Origin: an uncultured Gammaproteobacteria bacterium
Lineage (GTDB): Bacteria > Patescibacteriota > Patescibacteriia > Magasanikbacterales > UBA922
Direction of reading: 5' to 3'
Assembly (NCBI GenBank): GCA_964435035.1
Contig: CAYSXR010000001.1
Coordinates: forward strand, 144,192-208,191
DNA: 64,000 nt
Position 1 is the first letter of the stretch. Each line of letters opens with the position of its first letter. The position numbers were made by a program, and so were the translations under genes. Below are positions 59,065 to 64,000 of this stretch, piece after piece. The notes below the pieces were generated by a model. That model made no database searches. It saw only the letters and a program-made list of their open reading frames with translations, and had not been told where the DNA came from.

Positions 59065-61074
59065 ATGGTGCCTGTCCGTCGGCTACAATACATGGTGTAT
59101 ACGCTGCTCGTGGTTTTTTGTAGCACCTTTTTTCAGATACCGGTACACGCGAATACTGCTCCAAAAAAAGCAAATTATTTTTTGAAATGGAGTATTACTG
59201 ATTTTGAAATGCAAGAATTAGCAAAATGGGATTTGCTTATTCTTGATATGGAAAATCAAATAACTAATCCATCAAAATTAAAAAAAATCAGAGAATTAAA
59301 TCCGGATATTATGATACTTGCCTATATTACATCGCAAGAAATTCGTGTGGATGCACGCGGGGGTCCGGGTGTAATGCGAGACCGTCTAGCGCGGGGAATT
59401 CCTGATGCGTGGTATCTCACCAATAGTAAAAATGTACCGTTCAGTTTTTGGCCAGGTACACACATGCTCAATGTTACTAATTATGCACCAGTCGTTGAAG
59501 GAAGAAGATTCAATGAATATTTAGCTGATTTTGTGGCTTCAGAAGTAATTTCAAGTGGTCTGTGGGACGGAGTTTTTTATGATAATGCGTGGAAAGATGT
59601 ATCATGGTTCACCGGCACCGATGTGGATTATGATCGAAGTAATTCTCCTGATGGAAGTGTGGATGCAAAATGGTATGAGGGGATGGTTGCGTTATATGGG
59701 CACACTAGAGCAAAGGTGGCGAGTAATATTATTATTGTAGGAAATGGACACACTGAAGGGTATGTCGAAGCACTCAACGGGAAGATGATAGAAAATTTTG
59801 AAAAACATCGGTGGAAGGATATTATGCAGACGTACGCCTTGAATCAAAGCGCAAAACATCAGCCCAACGTAAATATTATCAATTCAAATACGGGAAATGT
59901 GGAGAATTCTTACAATTATCGAGCAATGCGTTTTGGACTCACGAGCGCTTTATTAGAAGATGGATATTATTCATTTGATTATGGTGACGAGGATCATGCA
60001 CGTACCTGGTATTATGATGAATACGATGTCTCTTTGGGTAATGCACTAGGTAAATCAAGTTCACGAAGTGGTGCTGCTGACTATACTGAAGATATATGGT
60101 CACGAAATTTTGAAAATGGGATTGCGGTCGTCAATAGTACTAATGAAGTAAGGACCGTTTCATTGAATGGTGAATATGAAAAAATTCATGGTGTACAAGA
60201 TTCGGCGGTGAATGATGGATCGATTGTATCAGAAGTCACACTTGCACCAAAAGATGGTCTCATACTTCTGAAAACGTTTGAAACATTGAAGAAAGTAGTA
60301 TTTACCAATGGTTTTTTTGCTCGCTTTTTCAAGCCTACGGGAGAGCGTGCACGAAATGGTATGTTTGTATTCGAAGAAGGTCAGGAAGGTGGCGCGCAAA
60401 TTGCACATCTTGATCTTGATTTTAATAATAAAGAAGAATTGATTATCGTAGATAATAACAAAATTTTGGCCTGGAGAGATGATGAGCAGCCATTATTCAA
60501 AATATATCCGTATGGAGCGAATTACACAGGCTCACTGCAGGTTGCAGTAGGCGACTTGAATAACGATGGTTTTTATGAGATCTATGTGGCGCCGAGTGCG
60601 GGATTCAAAGAACCAATTCGTGCGTACAATCGTCATGGAGATGTGGTGGTATCTGATTTTTTTCCGTTTGGAAAAAACTACAAGGGTGGATATCATATAG
60701 CTCTCACCAAAGCAGTCGAAAAAGTTCCTTCACGTCTGATTATTGGATCAGGGACAGGAGTCGCCCCAACGATTACGTTATTTGAATACAGATTCAAAAA
60801 ATTAAAAAGTTTTACTGCGTTTGAATCAGGATTCCGTGGTGGTGTGAGTGTGGCTGCAGGAGACCTCGATGGAGATGGAGTCCAAGAAATCATTGCTGGA
60901 AAAGGGCAGGGAGGTAGTCCGACTGTGCGAGTGTTCTCCTTAGATGGAAAAGAAAAGTATAAATCATTCAATGCGTACACTACACTGTTCAAACCAGGAA
61001 TAGATGTCCGAGCACTTGATATTGATTTTGATGGGGTAGATGAGATTATGACATTGAGTGAAAGTGCGCTATAA
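59065..61074 (+). CDS. secreted protein: putative glycoside-hydrolase-like TIM-barrel N-domain + C-terminal FG-GAP/VCBS-type repeats
   Basis: signal peptide; WDLLILDMEN...ILAYITSQE resembles GH114/GHL-type barrels (weak); C-terminal GDLNNDGFYEIYV, GDLDGDGVQEIIAG, LDIDFDGVDEIM repeats. Confidence 0.45.
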   Translation: MVPVRRLQYMVYTLLVVFCSTFFQIPVHANTAPKKANYFLKWSITDFEMQELAKWDLLILDMENQITNPSKLKKIRELNPDIMILAYITSQEIRVDARGGPGVMRDRLARGIPDAWYLTNSKNVPFSFWPGTHMLNVTNYAPVVEGRRFNEYLADFVASEVISSGLWDGVFYDNAWKDVSWFTGTDVDYDRSNSPDGSVDAKWYEGMVALYGHTRAKVASNIIIVGNGHTEGYVEALNGKMIENFEKHRWKDIMQTYALNQSAKHQPNVNIINSNTGNVENSYNYRAMRFGLTSALLEDGYYSFDYGDEDHARTWYYDEYDVSLGNALGKSSSRSGAADYTEDIWSRNFENGIAVVNSTNEVRTVSLNGEYEKIHGVQDSAVNDGSIVSEVTLAPKDGLILLKTFETLKKVVFTNGFFARFFKPTGERARNGMFVFEEGQEGGAQIAHLDLDFNNKEELIIVDNNKILAWRDDEQPLFKIYPYGANYTGSLQVAVGDLNNDGFYEIYVAPSAGFKEPIRAYNRHGDVVVSDFFPFGKNYKGGYHIALTKAVEKVPSRLIIGSGTGVAPTITLFEYRFKKLKSFTAFESGFRGGVSVAAGDLDGDGVQEIIAGKGQGGSPTVRVFSLDGKEKYKSFNAYTTLFKPGIDVRALDIDFDGVDEIMTLSESAL

Positions 61075-61104
61075 AGTAAAAGCTTAAAACGCAAAAGTAT
61101 TAAT

Positions 61105-61246
61105 GTGTCATCCCGAGGGAGGAGTGCATCCGACGATTCGAGGGATCTTTCCTGCATAAGGCTGATTAGGAAAAATGTATTTAAAGCTTAGTAAGGACTT
61201 GGTAGGAAAGATTCCTCGACTCGGGTGCACTCGCTCGGAATGACAC
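61105..61246. repeat. hairpin repeat element copy B (degenerate left arm, intact right arm ...TCGCTCGGAATGAC)
   Basis: right arm CTCGACTCGGGTGCACTCGCTCGGAATGAC nearly identical to reverse complement of copy A left arm; lies 42 bp upstream of GIY-YIG gene. Confidence 0.6.
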
Positions 61247-61287
61247 ATTAAGTAATTGTATTGGGTGGTAAAAAGTAAGGGGGTAGT

Positions 61288-61566
61288 ATGAAAACATACT
61301 ATGTGTATATTATGTCGAGCATTAATCAAACACTCTATGTCGGTATAACCAATAATTTATTCCGTAGAGTTTTTGAACATAGGATGAAACTCAATGAAGG
61401 TTTTACAGAAAAATATCAGATATATAAATTAGTATATGCTGAATACTATACAAATGTGCAGGAGGCAATACGTCGTGAAAAACAAATCAAAAAGTGGCGT
61501 CGAGAGAAGAAAATCAAATTGATTGAAAAAGATAATCCCGATTGGGTGGATCTCGCAAGGAATTAA
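61288..61566 (+). CDS. GIY-YIG nuclease family small protein
   Basis: 92 aa; MKTYYVYIMSSINQTLYVGITNNLFRRVFEH = GIY...YVG motif; paralogous in style to 38375..38647. Confidence 0.75.
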   Translation: MKTYYVYIMSSINQTLYVGITNNLFRRVFEHRMKLNEGFTEKYQIYKLVYAEYYTNVQEAIRREKQIKKWRREKKIKLIEKDNPDWVDLARN

Positions 61567-61582
61567 TGGTGTGATTGGTATT

Positions 61583-61719
61583 GTCATTCCGAGCGACCGA
61601 GTCTTCGAGGGAGTCGAGGAATCTTTCCTGTATAGTATTCTGTAAAAAAATGTAACTATAGTTTGGTAAATACTTTGCAGGAAAGATTTCTCGACTCGGG
61701 TGCACTCACTCGAAATGAC
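61583..61719. repeat. hairpin repeat element copy C (GTCATTCCGAGCGACCGAG... / ...CACTCGAAATGAC)
   Basis: left arm matches reverse complement of copy A right arm almost exactly; starts 17 bp after GIY-YIG stop. Confidence 0.65.
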
Positions 61720-61794
61720 AGTGAATAGCTCGGAATCAGGTCACAGAAGTTGCAAATATGCTTGGATCAAGTATCATTACCTTGAAGAATAAGA

Positions 61795-61845
61795 AGTTTT
61801 AAATTTTTAGTTTCAGTTTTGAACTTTGAGTTTTAAGTTTTGAGA
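61795..61845. repeat. AT-rich palindromic repeat, half copy
   Basis: AGTTTTAAATTTTTAGTTTCAGTTTTGAACTTTGAGTTTTAAGTTTTGAG nearly identical to right arm of 42071-42185 copy. Confidence 0.55.
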
Positions 61846-61854
61846 TAGATATCT

Positions 61855-63705
61855 ATGAAATACGTTGAGAATCATCTAACCAAACATCACCTCCTCCACG
61901 CTCCTCATCGATGGTTCTTCGCATTTCTCGCATCCCCAATTCATTTTGCTGAGATGCACTATAAAAATCGATATCATCTACAGTTTTCTCACGCTCGGAA
62001 ACTGTTCTTATTCGACATTTCTTTAGTTGCAACACTCCTCGTCATTCTCGGAGCATTTCTCGGATGGAGTGTGTATAATCCTACCGTAACTGATCTGGTG
62101 TATGTATCAGTCACTCCGTCAAAAGATCGAATATTGAGTGGTGAATATGTAGGCTATACGATTGGGTATATCAACGAAAGTACAGTTCGACTCACTGATG
62201 CAGTGCTCTCACTTGAATTACCCGAGGGTTATATTGTAGATGCGACGACACCCAAAGACACGTATAATTCTGAATCAAACGAGTTTGTGCTTGAGAATAT
62301 TTCTCCAGGTGATGAGGGTAAAGTATCAGTCTCAGGCTGGTTTTATGGTACACCAAATATTGAAGATAGTATTCATGCAAGCATTACGTATCGCCAAGAT
62401 GGAAAAACACGTATCGAAGAAAAGACTAGTCCGCATATTATCTTTTTGCGCGGATCACTCCTTACTTCATCGGTTGAACTCCGGGAACAGGTGGTCGAGG
62501 GTTCGCGAGTACCTATAAAAATCAAGCTTACTAATGAGGGTGATGAACCACTGCAAAATATTTCATTTTCTTTTGATCCACTGATGGTAATTGGTGTGGT
62601 AGAAGATATGTCTGCAACTATCGGATCAGCAACCGAACACACATGGTCTGTTCCTGAGCTTACCCCTGGCCAGTCAGGAGAATTTACGGGAATCGTACAT
62701 GTTTTAGATACTCTTGGGCAATCAGAATATCTGCTCGAACTTGCTCCAGCATTGATAGTACGCGGTAAAGCTATTCCACAATCAATTATAAAAAAGAACA
62801 TACGTATAGCACAACCAAAAGTGCAAGTTGGTGCGGAGTGGGATGGGGGAGTTGCGGCTTTTAAACCTGGAGAAACAGGTAGGCTTATAGTTTCTATTAG
62901 AAATACTGGAAATGTTGAAATAGTTGATGGAATCGTAGAAGTTCCATTGCCAAGAGGTGTAGTAAATATGTCAGAGGCTGCACGAGCAAATACAGGATCG
63001 ATTAGTCAGAGTACGCTTGTATTGAATGCTGGAAAGCATAGTGGTTTACGTTCAATACAACCAGGAGAATCTCGTGTGATTGCAGTATTACTTCCTGTTA
63101 TTTCTACTTCAGATGCTGGAACAAATGTGGTATTACAACCAACGGTTCGATTCAAAGGTGTGGTCGAGGTTGCAAAAGAGGTGATGGTTGAAGATGTATC
63201 TACTGCGGGGTCTGTAAAAATAGGGACTGATCTTCAGCTAGAGGGTGAGGTGAGATATTATACCGCAGAAGGTGATCAACTCGGACGAGGACCATTACCT
63301 CCTGAGGTTGGAAAAGAGACCAAATATGCAGCATTATTCACCATTAGAAATACAACAAGTAATGTAGTTGGAGGGGTCTTTACCGCACGTCTTGCTCCGG
63401 GTGCGGTATGGACGGGGAAAACGAGTGTTACTCAAGGTTCGGCTCCTGTATATAGTCCTTCTACACGAACGGTTCGTTGGAGTTTGGGGACTATTCCCGC
63501 ACATGCTAATGCAGGGCTATTTTTTGAACTTAGCTTGACTCCGACAGAGGTAGATAGAGGTACTACACCAGCCATGATTATGGGTGCAGAAATCACTGGA
63601 TCTGACTCATATGTAGGGTATTCAATGGTTAAAACGAGTGGTTTTTTGGATAGTTCGTTGAGAACTGATGCTAAAGGTAGTCAAAAGGGTAGTATTGTTC
63701 AGTAG
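61855..63705 (+). CDS. hypothetical membrane-anchored protein with predicted beta-sandwich-rich ectodomain
   Basis: 616 aa; TM LFLFDISLVATLLVILGAFLGW; no family recognised. Confidence 0.5.
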   Translation: MKYVENHLTKHHLLHAPHRWFFAFLASPIHFAEMHYKNRYHLQFSHARKLFLFDISLVATLLVILGAFLGWSVYNPTVTDLVYVSVTPSKDRILSGEYVGYTIGYINESTVRLTDAVLSLELPEGYIVDATTPKDTYNSESNEFVLENISPGDEGKVSVSGWFYGTPNIEDSIHASITYRQDGKTRIEEKTSPHIIFLRGSLLTSSVELREQVVEGSRVPIKIKLTNEGDEPLQNISFSFDPLMVIGVVEDMSATIGSATEHTWSVPELTPGQSGEFTGIVHVLDTLGQSEYLLELAPALIVRGKAIPQSIIKKNIRIAQPKVQVGAEWDGGVAAFKPGETGRLIVSIRNTGNVEIVDGIVEVPLPRGVVNMSEAARANTGSISQSTLVLNAGKHSGLRSIQPGESRVIAVLLPVISTSDAGTNVVLQPTVRFKGVVEVAKEVMVEDVSTAGSVKIGTDLQLEGEVRYYTAEGDQLGRGPLPPEVGKETKYAALFTIRNTTSNVVGGVFTARLAPGAVWTGKTSVTQGSAPVYSPSTRTVRWSLGTIPAHANAGLFFELSLTPTEVDRGTTPAMIMGAEITGSDSYVGYSMVKTSGFLDSSLRTDAKGSQKGSIVQ

Positions 63706-63726
63706 ATATAACATGCTTGAAAGTGC

Positions 63727-63754
63727 AAAAAAACGCTTATTTTAGCGTTTTTTT
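63727..63754 (+). terminator. rho-independent terminator AAAAAAACGCTtattttAGCGTTTTTTTG
   Basis: hairpin with flanking A/T runs right after 61855..63705. Confidence 0.6.
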
Positions 63755-63779
63755 GTTTTAAGTTACATGGATTGAACAC

Positions 63780-63808
63780 TTGACAAAAGTATATAGATGT
63801 GGTATAGT
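63780..63808 (+). promoter_or_regulatory. extended -10 promoter TTGACA-N17-(TGg)TATAGT
   Basis: same cassette as at 46417/49347, about 45 nt upstream of the GT4 start. Confidence 0.55.
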
Positions 63809-63850
63809 ACGTTGTTCGTAATAATAATTTTACACACCCTAACCAATAGT

Positions 63851-64000
63851 ATGCGTATAGCCATGATTGGACAAAAAGGTATCCCTGCAATCTATGGTGG
63901 CGTCGAAAGACACGTTCATGATCTTTCGGTACGCCTGGTTCAGCGTGGACATAATGTAGTGGTATATTCCCGAAAATGGTATACCACTGAGAATGGAATG
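63851..64000 (+). CDS. glycosyltransferase family 4, N-terminal fragment (runs off window)
   Basis: MRIAMIGQKGIPAIYGGVERHVHDLSVRLVQRGHNVVVYSRKW matches the common GT4 N-terminus (IGTRGIPAxYGGFE); not in ORF track because truncated. Confidence 0.6.
   Translation, partial: MRIAMIGQKGIPAIYGGVERHVHDLSVRLVQRGHNVVVYSRKWYTTENGM

Overview
The window looks like a low-GC (about 35-40% by eye) genome with small proteins, resembling a Candidate Phyla Radiation (CPR)/Patescibacteria-type bacterium. Housekeeping genes occupy most of it: manB/pgm-like mutase, htpX-lemA, rseP, pheS-pheT, a P-type ATPase, pyk, ppsA, ABC-F, infC-rpmI-rplT, smpB plus tmRNA, tRNA-Lys(TTT) and tRNA-Asp(GTC). Cell-envelope genes are also prominent: a 1112-aa M23 peptidase-LTD-beta-helix protein, a 1997-aa and a 660-aa surface protein sharing a C-terminal anchor module, peptidoglycan hydrolases, and a GT4/O-antigen-ligase/GT4 cluster. 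The striking feature is an ~8.7-kb block (about 46.5-55.2 kb) whose five plus-strand genes have GC of about 60-68% with GC3-biased codons. It encodes a membrane coiled-coil protein, a secreted coiled-coil protein with an outer-membrane-beta-barrel-like C-terminus ending in Phe, and three paralogous lipoproteins that are extremely Cys-rich (CxxDxCD repeats). The largest of these carries about 7 thrombospondin type-3 Ca-binding repeats. The genes are nevertheless driven by AT-rich host-type extended -10 promoters (TTGACA-N12-TGnTATAGT, the same cassette that sits upstream of a host GT4 gene at 63.8 kb). The block is also interrupted by an AT-rich palindromic repeat family present elsewhere in the window. 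I read it as a domesticated, horizontally acquired surface/adhesion gene island from a high-GC diderm donor, with chimeric assembly as the alternative. Other notable items: a ~100-140 bp hairpin element with GTCATTCCGAGCGA termini in three copies, two of them bracketing a GIY-YIG nuclease gene; a second GIY-YIG gene abutting the tmRNA 3' end; PpsA fused in-frame to a ~230-aa lipoprotein-like C-terminal extension; structured, moderately GC-rich 5' leaders on island genes; and a mildly GC-elevated islet next to tRNA-Lys.
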